The notes below the pieces were generated by a model, which made no database searches, was not told where the DNA came from, and was given only the letters and a program-made list of their open reading frames with translations. A DNA stretch of 64,000 bases from Waterburya sp. (GTDB taxonomy: Bacteria > Cyanobacteriota > Cyanobacteriia > Cyanobacteriales > Xenococcaceae): NCBI GenBank assembly GCA_965217895.1, contig CBDCJV010000002.1, positions 2,208,001-2,272,000 of the forward strand, read 5' to 3'. Shown here piece by piece: positions 50,439-61,893 of the stretch. Every line of letters starts with the position of its first letter. Positions within the stretch are counted from its first letter, which is position 1. The translations under genes were made by a program, and so were the position numbers.

Positions 50439-53400
50439 TTATTTTCTTACCGAATCAGTAAGAGCGACATCTTGTCTCTTACCGTTTTGGCTTTCTTTAC
50501 CAGTAGGAGGAGAAGGCAAACGTTGAGAAATGCGATCGCTAAAACCAGAAATTACGATATACAGCACAGGAACGATAATTAAGCTGAGGAAAGTAGAGAC
50601 AATCATCCCGCCGATTACCACAGTTCCCAAAGACTGACGGGAAGCAGCACCCGCACCACTGGCGATCGCTAGAGGAAATAGACCGACAATGGTAGAAAAT
50701 GTCGTCATCAGAATGGGGCGCAGCCGTTTTTCGGCAGCCTCGATCACAGCTTTGGTAATTGAATATCCTCGCTTTCGCAGTTGGTTGGCAAATTCGACAA
50801 TCAGAATGGCATTTTTACTTGCCAAACCGATTAACATTACCAAACCAATCTGACCGTAAATATCATTATCCAATCCTCTCAACGATAGTGCTAGCAACGC
50901 ACCCATCACCGCTAAAGGCACCGCCATCATAATAATTAGCGGATCGAAATAATTTTCATATTGAGCAGCTAAGACTAAAAATACCACCACTAACCCTAGT
51001 CCAAAAATTATCGGTGCTTGACCACCAGAGCTAATTTCTTCTAATGCCGTTCCCGACCAAGCATAGCCGTAACCAGATGGCAAGGATGTTTCTGCCAAAT
51101 TGCTAATAGTAGAAATGGCTTCTCCCGAACTAGAACCCTCGGCAGCCGAACCAGAGATTTCAATGGCTCGGAACAAATTAAAATGGGTAATGGTAGAAGG
51201 GCCAGAAGTGGGATTTAGGGTAACTAAATTAGCCAAAGAAACCATCTGATTATTGGCAGAACGGACGTATAGTTGTCTGACATCATCTGGTCGAGCGCGA
51301 AACTGTTGGTCTGCCTCGACATAAACCCGATAATTACGCTGTTGTAGGGTAAAGTCATTGACGTACTGCGAACCAAAAGCAATGCCCAAGGTGGAGAGAA
51401 TATCATCAATATTTACCTGGAGTGCGTTCGCCGCATCGCGATTGATATTTACCTCATAGCGAGGAGTATCGGCAGTAAAAGTAGTATAGACTGAATTTAA
51501 TTGCGATCGCCCATTTGCCTGCTGTATAAATTTATTAGATACCTGGACGAGATTATTAATATCTTCGCCAGAGTTGAGCTGTTGGAGTTCGAGGGTAAAT
51601 CCACCAAAAGAGCCGAGTCCGCGAATTGCTGGTGGGTTGTTCGGTAAAATTCGCGCTTCTGAAATAGTCGCAAACTGCTGTCTCAATTTGGCGATAATTG
51701 CCTGGGCTGACTGATTGGCTTTGGTTCGTTGTGACCAAGGTTTAAGGCTGGTAAACATCAAGCCACTATTAGCACCACCACCTCCAAAACTAAAGCCACC
51801 AATGGCAAAGACAGTATTCACTTCTGGTAGTTTTAGCATCTCCGCTTCGGCTTGCACTAACACTTTTCTAGTATAGTCGAGAGACACTCCAGGAGGTCCT
51901 TGGGCAATGGTAATAAAGTATCCTTGGTCTTCTTCGGGCAGAAATCCCCCAGGAACTTGGGTATATAGAAATGCAGTAAATCCTAACGAAAGAATAAATA
52001 GACCGATCGCAATGCCTTTGAAATGAGTTATATTCTCTAACAAACCGCGATACTTGCGTCGAAACCAGTCCAAAAAGCGATTAAACCGCGTAAAAAACCA
52101 GTTTAGCCAACGGGGAGGTCGATTTTCTCGGCGCAACAATAGTGCTGAGACAGCAGGAGCGAGGGTAAGTGCCAAAAAAGTAGAAACGGCGATGGAAAAT
52201 GCTAGAGTCAGGGCAAACTGACGGTAAATTGCTCCTGTCGCCCCTGGAAAGAAGGCTACGGGAATAAATACCGCCATTAATACCAAAGAAGTAGCAATGA
52301 CAGCACTAGAAAGTTCTTCCATAGAGTTAAGGGAGGCTTTGCCAGGACTCTCTCCTGATTCAATCAGTCGGCTGATGTTTTCCACCACAATAATCGCATC
52401 ATCTACGACCATTCCCGTTGCTAGGGTTAGTCCAAATAGCGTCAAAGTGTTGAGGGAGAAGCCAAATGCCTTGACGAAGATAAAAGTACCGATTAAAGAT
52501 GTGGGAATGGTCAGCACGGGAATAATTGTGGTGCGCCAATCTTGCAGGAAGATAAAAATGATTAAAATTACCAGTGCGATCGCCTGTACTAAGGTAAAAA
52601 TCACCTCTGAAAGAGATTCATTTACAAAAGCAGTCGAATCAAAAGCAATCTGATATTTAATTCCTGGGGGAAAATCTTGCGCTAAACGAGCTAATTCTGC
52701 TTTAACTGCTTTGGCAACCTGTAGAGCATTACTGCCAGGAAGTTGGGCAATTCCTAAACCAACCCCTTCATGTCCGTTAAATCTCAAAAAGGTGCTGTAG
52801 TCCTGTGCGCCTAATTCGACTCGTCCAATATCCTTGACCTGAACTAGCTCGTTATCTGTGCCAGATCTAACTACAATATTTTCAAACTCCGCTACGGTTG
52901 ATAATCGAGTATCGGCTTCTAGATCGATTTGATAGAGCAAATTGTCAGAAGAGGGCGGTTCTCCCAATCCGCCGATTGCTGCCTGGAGATTCTGATCGTT
53001 AATGGCATTGACCACATCTTGAGGAGTTAAATTGCGAGCTGCTAATTGATTGGGGTTCAACCAGAGACGCATAGCATAACGTCGCTCGCCGAAAATTTGG
53101 ACGTTCCCCACCCCATCTATTCGTTGCAATGCCTCTACCATTGAAATATCGGCATAATTGCTCAAAAATATAGGACTATAGCGATCGCCTTCTGTATAAA
53201 TTCCAATTGCCATCAAAAAGCCCGCACTTTGCCGCCGTACCGTTACCCCAGTACGCTGAACTGCATCGGGTAGCTGTGCCTGCGCCACCGAAACGCGGTT
53301 CTGCACGTCAACGGCTGCTAAGTCTGGATCTCTAGAAGTTTCAAAGGTAATATCAATGCTGCTGCTGCCGCTGCTGCTGGAAGAGGAAATGTATTGCGAT

Positions 53401-53624
53401 GCCTCAACCCCATTAATCTGTCGTTCCAATATATTAGTTACGGTGTTTTCGACTACGTCGGCACTAGCCCCAGTGTAGTTAGCCGTAACCGTAACCTGGG
53501 GAGGAGCGATCTCAGGATACTGAGCGATGGGCAATGTCGGAATACTAACCGCACCTAACAGCAAGATTAGCAAGGCACAAACACTGGCAAAAATAGGTCG
53601 CTTAATAAAGAAGGATGAAAACAT
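50439..53624 (-). CDS. RND efflux permease, HAE1 (AcrB-like)
   Basis: FIKRPIFA, GMVVDDAIIVVENI, GLASKNAILIVEFA, RLRPILMT. Confidence 0.97.
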   Translation of the reverse strand: MFSSFFIKRPIFASVCALLILLLGAVSIPTLPIAQYPEIAPPQVTVTANYTGASADVVENTVTNILERQINGVEASQYISSSSSSGSSSIDITFETSRDPDLAAVDVQNRVSVAQAQLPDAVQRTGVTVRRQSAGFLMAIGIYTEGDRYSPIFLSNYADISMVEALQRIDGVGNVQIFGERRYAMRLWLNPNQLAARNLTPQDVVNAINDQNLQAAIGGLGEPPSSDNLLYQIDLEADTRLSTVAEFENIVVRSGTDNELVQVKDIGRVELGAQDYSTFLRFNGHEGVGLGIAQLPGSNALQVAKAVKAELARLAQDFPPGIKYQIAFDSTAFVNESLSEVIFTLVQAIALVILIIFIFLQDWRTTIIPVLTIPTSLIGTFIFVKAFGFSLNTLTLFGLTLATGMVVDDAIIVVENISRLIESGESPGKASLNSMEELSSAVIATSLVLMAVFIPVAFFPGATGAIYRQFALTLAFSIAVSTFLALTLAPAVSALLLRRENRPPRWLNWFFTRFNRFLDWFRRKYRGLLENITHFKGIAIGLFILSLGFTAFLYTQVPGGFLPEEDQGYFITIAQGPPGVSLDYTRKVLVQAEAEMLKLPEVNTVFAIGGFSFGGGGANSGLMFTSLKPWSQRTKANQSAQAIIAKLRQQFATISEARILPNNPPAIRGLGSFGGFTLELQQLNSGEDINNLVQVSNKFIQQANGRSQLNSVYTTFTADTPRYEVNINRDAANALQVNIDDILSTLGIAFGSQYVNDFTLQQRNYRVYVEADQQFRARPDDVRQLYVRSANNQMVSLANLVTLNPTSGPSTITHFNLFRAIEISGSAAEGSSSGEAISTISNLAETSLPSGYGYAWSGTALEEISSGGQAPIIFGLGLVVVFLVLAAQYENYFDPLIIMMAVPLAVMGALLALSLRGLDNDIYGQIGLVMLIGLASKNAILIVEFANQLRKRGYSITKAVIEAAEKRLRPILMTTFSTIVGLFPLAIASGAGAASRQSLGTVVIGGMIVSTFLSLIIVPVLYIVISGFSDRISQRLPSPPTGKESQNGKRQDVALTDSVRK

Positions 53625-53654
53625 ATAGTAGCGATTGGCAATTGATGGAATGAA

Positions 53655-53682
53655 GTAGGGGCGAACGACCGTTCGTCCCTAC
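53655..53682. repeat. GTAG-type REP palindrome overlapping the MFP stop codon
   Basis: GTAGGGGCGAACGACCGTTCGTCCCTAC. Confidence 0.8.
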
Positions 53683-55094
53683 TGGGATTTGATTGGCGCA
53701 CCATTAGAAAGATTGAGAATACCTGACGTTATAATGCGATCGCCCTTCTCAAGTCCTTCTAAGACTGGATAGCTGTTATTTTGCAGTTCTCCTAGTTCTA
53801 CGGGAACTTGTCGAGCGACTAATTGCGGTTGTTTCTGAGGTGGGTTTTTAGCTTGGTCTTGAGCTTTTGTTTCTTTGTTAGCTGGTTTTTCTGCTACATA
53901 AACAAAGGCTTGTCCGCCGATGCGGGTAACGGCAGTTGTCGGCACTAAAACCCCCGCTCGTTCAGACCAAATTATCCGCGCCCGTACATTTTGACTATCA
54001 CGCAACTGACCGTCAGAATTGGGAAAGCGAGCCTGGGTTAAAATTGTTTGGCTGTTGGCATTTACCTGGGCTGATACAAAAGTGATGCGTCCTTTTCCTA
54101 AAGGATTTCCTTGGATATCTTCAAGTTCGACTGGCAAACCAGTACGGAGATCGGCGCGATGTTGTATGGGAATTGCCAATTCTAGTTCTATGGGGTCGTT
54201 TTGGGTCACGCTAGTCAACGGGTTGCCTGGAGCGACATATGCCCCCAACTTTGTGATAATATTTCCTACCTCCCCAGCGAACGGTGCGGTTATGTTGGTG
54301 TATTGCAGTTGATCTTGAGCAACGTTTACATTAGCCTGAGCTTCTTTTATTGCTGCCTCAGACTGGTCGAGACTGGCACGGGCTGCTTGAATTTTGTCAT
54401 TAGAAGAATTAAGTTGTGCGATCGCACTGGCGCGATCGTTGTTAAATATATCTAGTTCTTCTCGTGCTAATGCCCCTTGCTGTACCAAAAATTTACGGCG
54501 TTCATATTGCTTGTTTTGTAGTTTTACATTGGCAGCAGCAGATGCTCGATCTGACAGTGCCGATTGTAGCTGTGCTTGGGCATTAGCTTTTGCAGCCTGA
54601 GCCGAATTAAGGGCTGCTTGCAGGCTGCTTAACTGTCCCGTCTGAATATTTGGTCTTAGCTGAATTAACGGCTGTCCTACCTGAACTTTATCCCCTTCCG
54701 TGACATAAATTTGATTAATCTTACCTTCGATTTGTGGGCTAATCGTTACCGACTGGGGAGAAGTCAAACTGCCAATAAACTGAGAGGTTTCTTGTATGGT
54801 AGAAGATTGTAGGCTTTTTAAGCCTACAGACGCAGCTTGAGTTTGAGCTTGAGATGCTTGAGAAGAAGTATTATTAGCATGACTGCTTTGCCACCAACGC
54901 CATCCTCCATATCCTAGTAATAACAACAGAATTAATCCCAGCACTACTTTCCAGGGTTGCTTGGGCTTGGGATTAGAAGTAGAATGAGTTTTATCGTTTT
55001 GAATAGGCTGGTCTTGTTTTATCTGTTCTTCGGCGATTTCTGAAGAGGAATTTACTTCAGATTCGGGAGAAGAACGGGAAGAGCGTGACTGCAT
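53679..55094 (-). CDS. RND efflux periplasmic adaptor (MFP)
   Basis: TM anchor, PQIEG..V.EGD.V..GQ, long coiled coil, APFAG. Confidence 0.95.
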   Translation of the reverse strand: MQSRSSRSSPESEVNSSSEIAEEQIKQDQPIQNDKTHSTSNPKPKQPWKVVLGLILLLLLGYGGWRWWQSSHANNTSSQASQAQTQAASVGLKSLQSSTIQETSQFIGSLTSPQSVTISPQIEGKINQIYVTEGDKVQVGQPLIQLRPNIQTGQLSSLQAALNSAQAAKANAQAQLQSALSDRASAAANVKLQNKQYERRKFLVQQGALAREELDIFNNDRASAIAQLNSSNDKIQAARASLDQSEAAIKEAQANVNVAQDQLQYTNITAPFAGEVGNIITKLGAYVAPGNPLTSVTQNDPIELELAIPIQHRADLRTGLPVELEDIQGNPLGKGRITFVSAQVNANSQTILTQARFPNSDGQLRDSQNVRARIIWSERAGVLVPTTAVTRIGGQAFVYVAEKPANKETKAQDQAKNPPQKQPQLVARQVPVELGELQNNSYPVLEGLEKGDRIITSGILNLSNGAPIKSQ

Positions 55095-55199
55095 TGCTTG
55101 AATGTTTTTTTGCTAGATTTGAGACAAGGTTCAATAAATAAATGACTGGCCGATTGAGAGTTAAACAAGCAATAATCGAACTTTTTGTGTCAAATAATA

Positions 55200-55398
55200 C
55201 AATACGCTTAGTGTGAATTAGCTTCGCTCTAATTTACTAGTTTTTAGCTATCAGCTCTTAGCTTTAGAAAACTACGTGAAAATTCATCACTTTTTATAGC
55301 TTAGGAGGCGTGTTTATTCTCCTGCAACTCGAAAAAGCTAATATTTCCATAACCAAAGCTATCCTAAAAGCAAGTTTTAATTCACACCAGATGTATAA
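55200..55398. mobile_element. About 200-bp degenerate MITE-like element
   Basis: ATACGCTTAGTGTGAATTA ... TAATTCACACCAGATGTAT (15/19 inverted match). Confidence 0.6.
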
Positions 55399-55481
55399 TT
55401 ATAATCTTCCTAAACAACAGTTAGGACAGTTAGAGCAGTTAAAAAGCCTAATTTACCGTTGATTATCTTTAACTTAAGCCA

Positions 55482-55580
55482 GACTTGCCCTTACGAGACA
55501 GCGCGTTGTGGGTCTGTGACCCATTGAAGCGACTATCGAGGGCGCGCCTGAAGGCGACGCGGGCTATATGCGGACAAGTC
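55482..55580. repeat. GC-rich composite of small hairpin repeats
   Basis: Bounded by GACTTGCCC / GGACAAGTC; nested hairpins; shares a unit with 63476-63497. Confidence 0.65.
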
Positions 55581-55978
55581 CTTTGTTTGCTCAAAAAGGG
55601 CTTTGATAGCTGTTGTTTCGTTCATGATTAAATTTTGTCCGAACTATTACTAAAGGTAGAAAAAAAAATAAGAAAAAAGATCTATCATTAGTCAGATTTA
55701 AGAAAGTATAAGCCTAAAAAATTGTTAATTTTTGATTTGATTAATAATAACTCTAGGAGCAAATTTTTCTATTTTTAGATGATTATGTCATTATTCCTTG
55801 GCAGTTTTTAGATCCTATCCTTCAGCCTTTAACTTTTGAATATTTAACCTGAGTTGCTAAATAATTAGTCGTCTGCCTTACCTAAAAAATAAAACGATAT
55901 AAAAACTCAAAAATTGGAATCGATTTCTATTAGTTATCTTGCTCTACTGTTTATTATTTATTCAATTTATTCACCATT

Positions 55979-56620
55979 TTAAGCTTTAGTCAAAATAAAT
56001 AAGCTACCATCTCCACCACGACCAATTCTCATTGTTTCATCAATATAGGTAATGTCTAAACTGGGAATTCTACCTTCAGGATTTCGAGCTTCTAAAACTT
56101 TAAGCGGATCGAGTATTTTTGTCTTAATTCCTAATATTTTAGTAATAGCAATAAAGCGTTTTCTAAAATTTACGTTAATTTTTTGATTGGGAAGCTGTTC
56201 GTCTTCTGTTGATGCTGGTTCAAATGTGGCTGTTACTCTGACATATCCTGATAATAAACCCGTTTTGTGTTCTACCCAGGCTTTATTTTCAAAGGATGCA
56301 GTTTGAATGTCGATTATTTGGTATATTTTTCCAACCAAAAAACCGAGAGGTAAACGCCTCAGAGAGCGAATTTCTCTGGCGGTTGAATATTCTAGTAACC
56401 AAGCACCATCAAGTAGCTGACTACCGTAAGACAGAGGACGAGGAAAAGGGGTAAGATTTTCTAAATTAACCGTTAATGCTTCTATCTCTCGAACCCTTTT
56501 TTTGCCGATTTCCAAATCTATAATTGGTGAACCAGCAAGGGCTTGACGATTATTTTGTAGTTCTTTAATTTCTGCAAGTAAATTCTGTTTGACTTCTAGC
56601 CTATTTTGTACTTTTGGCAT
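55979..56620 (-). CDS. PAP/fibrillin family protein
   Basis: LDGAWLLEYST, IYQIID, LDITYIDETMRIGRGGDGSLFIL. Confidence 0.92.
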   Translation of the reverse strand: MPKVQNRLEVKQNLLAEIKELQNNRQALAGSPIIDLEIGKKRVREIEALTVNLENLTPFPRPLSYGSQLLDGAWLLEYSTAREIRSLRRLPLGFLVGKIYQIIDIQTASFENKAWVEHKTGLLSGYVRVTATFEPASTEDEQLPNQKINVNFRKRFIAITKILGIKTKILDPLKVLEARNPEGRIPSLDITYIDETMRIGRGGDGSLFILTKA

Positions 56621-56764
56621 TTGAAATTTGGTGTAAATAAATCGATGATCGCGATCGCCTGTGAAGTATTTGAGTAGTTGATAATATTACTAACCAAACT
56701 AAATTATAAAAAGCGATCGCCAATCACTCTCTTCTCAAGGACTTCTATCCTAAGCACAATAGCA

Positions 56765-57025
56765 CTAGCCTCTAGTAATGTTGACGTGGCTCATAATTCT
56801 ACTTTTGCGTTCTTGCCTATTAACAGAATTAAGATTGTAATTACCTTTGCTGCGCTCTATATGTTCTTTGTGACTTTTCTTACTGCTAGATAGGGTGGCA
56901 GATTTATCGTCAGGATTATAATTTTGGGGAGAACGCTGAAAATCGACTTCACCACCAGAACTTTTTGCTAAATGCTCTCTAATCTGCTTTTGACGATCTG
57001 TTGAGAATGATTGATCTCTTGCCAT
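56765..57025 (-). CDS. Small basic hypothetical protein with three internal repeats
   Basis: RQKQIREHLAKSSG / HKEHIERSKG / RKSRIMSHVNITRG. Confidence 0.65.
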   Translation of the reverse strand: MARDQSFSTDRQKQIREHLAKSSGGEVDFQRSPQNYNPDDKSATLSSSKKSHKEHIERSKGNYNLNSVNRQERKSRIMSHVNITRG

Positions 57026-57364
57026 AATTTATTTAATGTATCAAATGTTTCCAACTATATTGTGACTCAATTTGTTGCACTATCGACAGGTAAAACGATA
57101 AAAAAAGTAGCCGAAACAACCGCCCAACATTAGGGAAATACCACTAATTTAGTTGCTTATTTGACGGCATTTAAGAATCAAGATTTGGCTGTAGTTAAAC
57201 AGCCTTGTTCTACACGAGCAAAACTACCCTTTGATTTGTCGCCTTTTCCGTCGTCTTGACTTTTTTCTGATTTTCTTAACTTGTCACCAATGGGTAATGT
57301 AATAGGTAATAGCCACCTTAACAGACTAATTTTGTCAACCCGAACTTTTACGTTAATCAAGAGT

Positions 57365-59983
57365 TTAGTGAGTAAGATTCAAAATATCCTCAATCCTAGG
57401 CAGATCTTCAATTGAAATTACTCTACCTTCATCTTCAAAGTTATCAATTTGATCGAAGTTAAGATAGCGATATAAATCACTTTCAAACGGGGCAATTTTC
57501 TCCTTCACCACTGCCATATATTCTTCCACTGTCGGAATTTTACCTAACAAGGCACAAACAGCAGCTAATTCTGCTGAACCTAAGTAAACCTGTGCGCCTT
57601 TGCCCATACGGTTGTTAAAGTTACGGGTAGAAGTAGAAAAAACTGTAGCATTATCCTCGACGCGAGCTTGATTACCCATACAGAGAGAACAGCCAGGCAT
57701 TTCGGTACGTGCGCCAGCAGCAGCAAACACGCCATATACTCCTTCTTCACGGAGTTGTTTTTCATCCATGCGAGTAGGAGGACAGATCCATAAGCGTCCT
57801 TTAACTACTCCTGCACCTTCTAAGATTTTGGCAGCAGCGCGGTAGTGTCCAATGTTAGTCATGCAAGAACCAATAAACACCTCGTCTACTTTGTCTCCTG
57901 CACATTCTGACATCAATTTAACGTTGTCAGGATCGTTGGGTGCAGCGACGATAGGCTCTTTAATTCCATTAAGGTTGATTTCAATCGTGTCTGCATATTC
58001 CGCATCTTGGTCGGCAGACATTAACTCAGGTTCAGCTAACCACTGTTCCATCTTGGCAACGCGACGCATTAGAGTACGAGCATCGTTATAACCACGAGCA
58101 ACCATGTTTTTAAGCAGTGCCACATTAGAACGCAAGTATTCGGCAACTGTATCTTCGCTTAGTTTGATGGTGCTACCAGAGCAAGAACGTTCAGCAGTAG
58201 CATCAGTAAGTTCAAAAGCCTGTTCTACTTTAAGATTGGGTAAGCCTTCCATTTCCATGACTCGCCCGTTGAAAACATTCTGCTTGTTATTTTTATCAAC
58301 GGTAAGTTTTCCTGCTTGAATAGCCACCCAAGGAATAGCATTAACTATGTCTCTGAGCGTTATGCCTGGCTGCAAGTCTCCAGTAAAGCGCACCAAAACA
58401 GATTCAGGCATATCTAGAGGCATTACCCCCAAAGCGGAGGCAAAAGCAACTAAACCAGAACCAGCAGGAAAGGATATACCCAAAGGGAAACGGGTATGAG
58501 AGTCACCACCAGTACCAACGGTGTCGGGTAGTAGCATTCTGTTTAACCAGGAGTGAATAATTCCGTCTCCTGGGCGCAAGGCAACTCCACCACGAGTTGA
58601 AAAGAAGTCGGGTAAATCTTTATGAGTTTCGATGTCTACAGGCTTAGGATAAGCTGCGGTATGACAAAAGGTTTGTAGAGTTAAATCCGCATTAAAACCA
58701 AGACAGGCTAATTCTTTTAATTCATCTCTTGTCATTGGTCCGGTGGTGTCTTGAGAACCAACAGTAGTCATAATGGGTTCGCAAGATGTCCCAGGGCGAA
58801 CTCCTGCTAAACCACAAGCTTTACCCACCATTTTTTGTGCCAAGGTAAATCCTTTACCTGTATCTTTTGGCATAGATGGGCGAGTAAATACCTCAGAAAC
58901 TTCTAAGCCTAGTGCTTCGCGGGTTTTATCGGTCAATGCCCGACCAATAAGCAAAGGAATACGTCCCCCTGCGCGGACTTCATCAGTGATGGTATCAGGT
59001 TTGAGACTGAAGCTAGAAATAAGTTTGCCAGCGTCGTTTTTAATTTCACCTTTGTAGGGATAAATAGTTATTACATCACCTGTATTCATCTGGGCAACAT
59101 CACACTCGATTGGTAATGCCCCAGAGTCTTCGGCAGTGTTAAAAAAGATAGGTGCAATTTTGTTACCCAAGATGTATCCACCAGCTTTTTTATTGGGAAC
59201 AAAGGGAATTTCATCGCCAATATGCCATAAAACAGAGTTGATAGCAGATTTTCGAGACGAACCTGTACCAACTACATCACCTACATAAGCAACAGGATGA
59301 CCTTTTTCTTTTAACTTAGCAATAGTTTCTAACCCATCAGGCATCTTGGACTCTAACATTACCAAAGCATGAAGGGGAATATCTGGGCGAGTTGTAGCAT
59401 GAGGTGCAGGAGAGAGATCGTCGGTGTTGGTTTCTCCTGGTACTTTAAAGACCGTAACGGTAATCTCTTCGGCTAATTCTGGACGATTAGTAAACCACTC
59501 GGCATTTGCCCAGGAATCAATTACCTGTTTGGCATAATCATTACTTCCTGATAACTCTAAAACCTCGTTAAAGGCATCAAACACTAATAGCGTTTTGCTT
59601 AATGCTTTGGTTGCGCCCGTTGCGATTGCGGAGCTAGCGGTCGGCATCGCACTATCATCAGACTTTAATAAATCTACCAAAGACTGAACGTTATAGCCAC
59701 CAATCATCGTCCCCAGCAAATGTACTGCATCTGTAGCCGAAATTACGGGACACTGAATCTCATCCTTAGCTACTCCAGTCAAAAATCCAGCTTTAACATA
59801 AGCTGCATCATCCACACCAGGGGGAACTCTCTCCCTCAACAATGCCAGCAGTTCTTCTTTTTCTGATTCAGGAGGATTTTTGAGTAATTCACACAATTCT
59901 GAAGTTTGCTCAGCCGTCAAAGGTAATGCGGGAATACCTAAGGCTGCTCTTTGAGCTGCGTGTTTTCTATATGCTTCTAACAT
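57365..59983 (-). CDS. acnB: Aconitate hydratase B
   Basis: [44 protein letters not shown]. Confidence 0.99.
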   Translation of the reverse strand: MLEAYRKHAAQRAALGIPALPLTAEQTSELCELLKNPPESEKEELLALLRERVPPGVDDAAYVKAGFLTGVAKDEIQCPVISATDAVHLLGTMIGGYNVQSLVDLLKSDDSAMPTASSAIATGATKALSKTLLVFDAFNEVLELSGSNDYAKQVIDSWANAEWFTNRPELAEEITVTVFKVPGETNTDDLSPAPHATTRPDIPLHALVMLESKMPDGLETIAKLKEKGHPVAYVGDVVGTGSSRKSAINSVLWHIGDEIPFVPNKKAGGYILGNKIAPIFFNTAEDSGALPIECDVAQMNTGDVITIYPYKGEIKNDAGKLISSFSLKPDTITDEVRAGGRIPLLIGRALTDKTREALGLEVSEVFTRPSMPKDTGKGFTLAQKMVGKACGLAGVRPGTSCEPIMTTVGSQDTTGPMTRDELKELACLGFNADLTLQTFCHTAAYPKPVDIETHKDLPDFFSTRGGVALRPGDGIIHSWLNRMLLPDTVGTGGDSHTRFPLGISFPAGSGLVAFASALGVMPLDMPESVLVRFTGDLQPGITLRDIVNAIPWVAIQAGKLTVDKNNKQNVFNGRVMEMEGLPNLKVEQAFELTDATAERSCSGSTIKLSEDTVAEYLRSNVALLKNMVARGYNDARTLMRRVAKMEQWLAEPELMSADQDAEYADTIEINLNGIKEPIVAAPNDPDNVKLMSECAGDKVDEVFIGSCMTNIGHYRAAAKILEGAGVVKGRLWICPPTRMDEKQLREEGVYGVFAAAGARTEMPGCSLCMGNQARVEDNATVFSTSTRNFNNRMGKGAQVYLGSAELAAVCALLGKIPTVEEYMAVVKEKIAPFESDLYRYLNFDQIDNFEDEGRVISIEDLPRIEDILNLTH
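59627..59647. repeat. 21-nt in-frame insertion splitting a HIP1 site in acnB (SDR-like)
   Basis: GCGAT|TGCGGAGCTAGCGGTCGGCAT|CGC; removing it restores HIP1 and DDSAIATGA. Confidence 0.8.
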
Positions 59984-60198
59984 CTAGTAGTTCTCCTCTT
60001 CTATATGTAGATTTATTGCAGAATATTTATTGTATTGTCTCATCGATCTCTCTCCTTTTTTTGTTCACAGGGAGAACTTTTTGGTTAATACACTTATATT
60101 GTATTGATTTGACAGAACTAACTGTACGTTCTTTTTTTCGAGCAGCTAGATTATTATTTTACGAGTTACTCAACGAGATAATATCTTAGATAGAAAGT

Positions 60199-61383
60199 GT
60201 GAGTGTTAGTGACCAGGAAAAAACTGTGAGCGATCGCCTTAAAAAATTTTCGATTAAATATTTACTTATTTCTATATATATCCTCTTTACCCTGACAAGC
60301 TGTAGTTTACCCCAGAGAGTGAGTGCCACAGAGAGGATGTTTCGTAAGTTTTCCCTAGAATTTGTCGATTACTATCAAATACCCAAAACCAGCTTTAAAA
60401 ATACCAAGATTGGTGGGCTATCGGCGATCGATTATAAGCGTCAACAGGATAAATTTTATATATTATCAGACGATCGCAGTCAACTTGCCCCTGCCCGTTT
60501 TTATACCTTTAGGCTCAAGCTTAAACAGACAAATGATGGGATTAAAATAGCTAGTTTTCAGCCCGAAGATGTTACTTTTCTTCAAGATGAACAGGGTAAT
60601 TATCAAACAGGTAGTATCGATCCAGAAGGATTAGCTCTTTCTCCCAGAAATACGGTATTTATTTCCAGTGAAGGTGATCCAGCCAAAAATATTAAGCCTT
60701 TTATTGCTGAATTTGCCTTAGACACGGGCAAAAAAATAGCCGATGTCCGTATACCACAACGTTATTTGACAGGAAAAGAACCAGAACAGCCTCAAGGAGT
60801 ACAAGAGAATCTGGCATTTGAATCTTTGACCATTAATAGTGTTGGTTTACCTCAAGATCCTTTTCGTTTATTTACCGCTACTGAATCAGCCCTATTACAG
60901 GATGAATCTTTGGCAAGAGAAGAACAGTCAAGAATTCGCTTTTTACATTACGTCATCAATCCGATTGGCAATCCAGTTTTAGTGGCTGAACATTTATATC
61001 TACTTGAACCCACACCAACGGAAGTTATTGCCAATGGGCTGTCAGAACTACTAGCACTACAAACCGAAGGCTATTTTTTCAGTTTAGAAAGAACCTTTGG
61101 CTTTGCTGGGGCTGGAGCAAAAATATTTCAGGTAGTAGTCGGCGATGCCACTGATACGAGTAATATAGCCAGTCTTAAAGGAAATATAGCTCAAATAAGA
61201 CCTTTAAAAAAGCAACTATTGCTTAATTTAGCAGATTTAAAGATTGAGCTAGATAACTTGGAAGGAATGACCATCGGACCACGTTTACCTGATGGTAGTC
61301 AAAGCTTGCTTTTAATTAGTGATGATAATTTTAATGATGAACAAGTTAATCAGTTATTTTTGTTTCGTTTAGTAGAAAATTAG
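60199..61383 (+). CDS. Esterase-like activity of phytase family lipoprotein
   Basis: Lipobox LTSC; GGLSAI, LSDDR, DPEG, SSEG, NLAFESL, NLEG, SDDNF. Confidence 0.9.
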   Translation: MSVSDQEKTVSDRLKKFSIKYLLISIYILFTLTSCSLPQRVSATERMFRKFSLEFVDYYQIPKTSFKNTKIGGLSAIDYKRQQDKFYILSDDRSQLAPARFYTFRLKLKQTNDGIKIASFQPEDVTFLQDEQGNYQTGSIDPEGLALSPRNTVFISSEGDPAKNIKPFIAEFALDTGKKIADVRIPQRYLTGKEPEQPQGVQENLAFESLTINSVGLPQDPFRLFTATESALLQDESLAREEQSRIRFLHYVINPIGNPVLVAEHLYLLEPTPTEVIANGLSELLALQTEGYFFSLERTFGFAGAGAKIFQVVVGDATDTSNIASLKGNIAQIRPLKKQLLLNLADLKIELDNLEGMTIGPRLPDGSQSLLLISDDNFNDEQVNQLFLFRLVEN

Positions 61384-61489
61384 GCGTTGGTGATTTAAGT
61401 AATGACGCACAAAATAATATGTTCGTAGCTCTCAGCTATTAGCTTCTTGGTCACAATGCCGAAAATTAAAACGATAGGGTCAGAAAGTA

Positions 61490-61711
61490 TTATTTACTTA
61501 CAGAGGTTACTTGAAAATTTTGTGGCTCAGGTAGAGATTCTCCCTGGGATTTTGATAACTCTACTAAAAATTGCAAAGCTTCTTGAGCATTTTCTAAAGC
61601 CTGCTCGTAAGATTCTCCTTGAGCATGGCGATTTTCCCATTCAGGCAGAGTTGCTACAAAGCAGTTATCTTTCTCAGACCACTGAATAACTATCGAGTAA
61701 AGATCGTTCAT
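61490..61711 (-). CDS. hicB: Orphan short HicB-family antitoxin
   Basis: YSIVIQWSEKDNCFVATLPE..GESYEQALENAQEAL..GESLPEP. Confidence 0.88.
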   Translation of the reverse strand: MNDLYSIVIQWSEKDNCFVATLPEWENRHAQGESYEQALENAQEALQFLVELSKSQGESLPEPQNFQVTSVSK

Positions 61712-61893
61712 TATTATTTATTTCTTAGAGTTAATATGAGCAATTGCTAAGATGTTTAACGTCATCTCTGTTATAACCTGACTCTAAATAAATACCCAAA
61801 AATCCTCTAAGCCTTCGCGCTTTTTCTTATACCAACTCTCTATGATTGCAGATCGCGTCATGATTATTACTAGACCAAAAATTTTCATTAGTA

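Noticed and set aside
57178..57360. 60-aa ORF downstream of acnB
   Set aside because: Non-ATG start and no recognisable family
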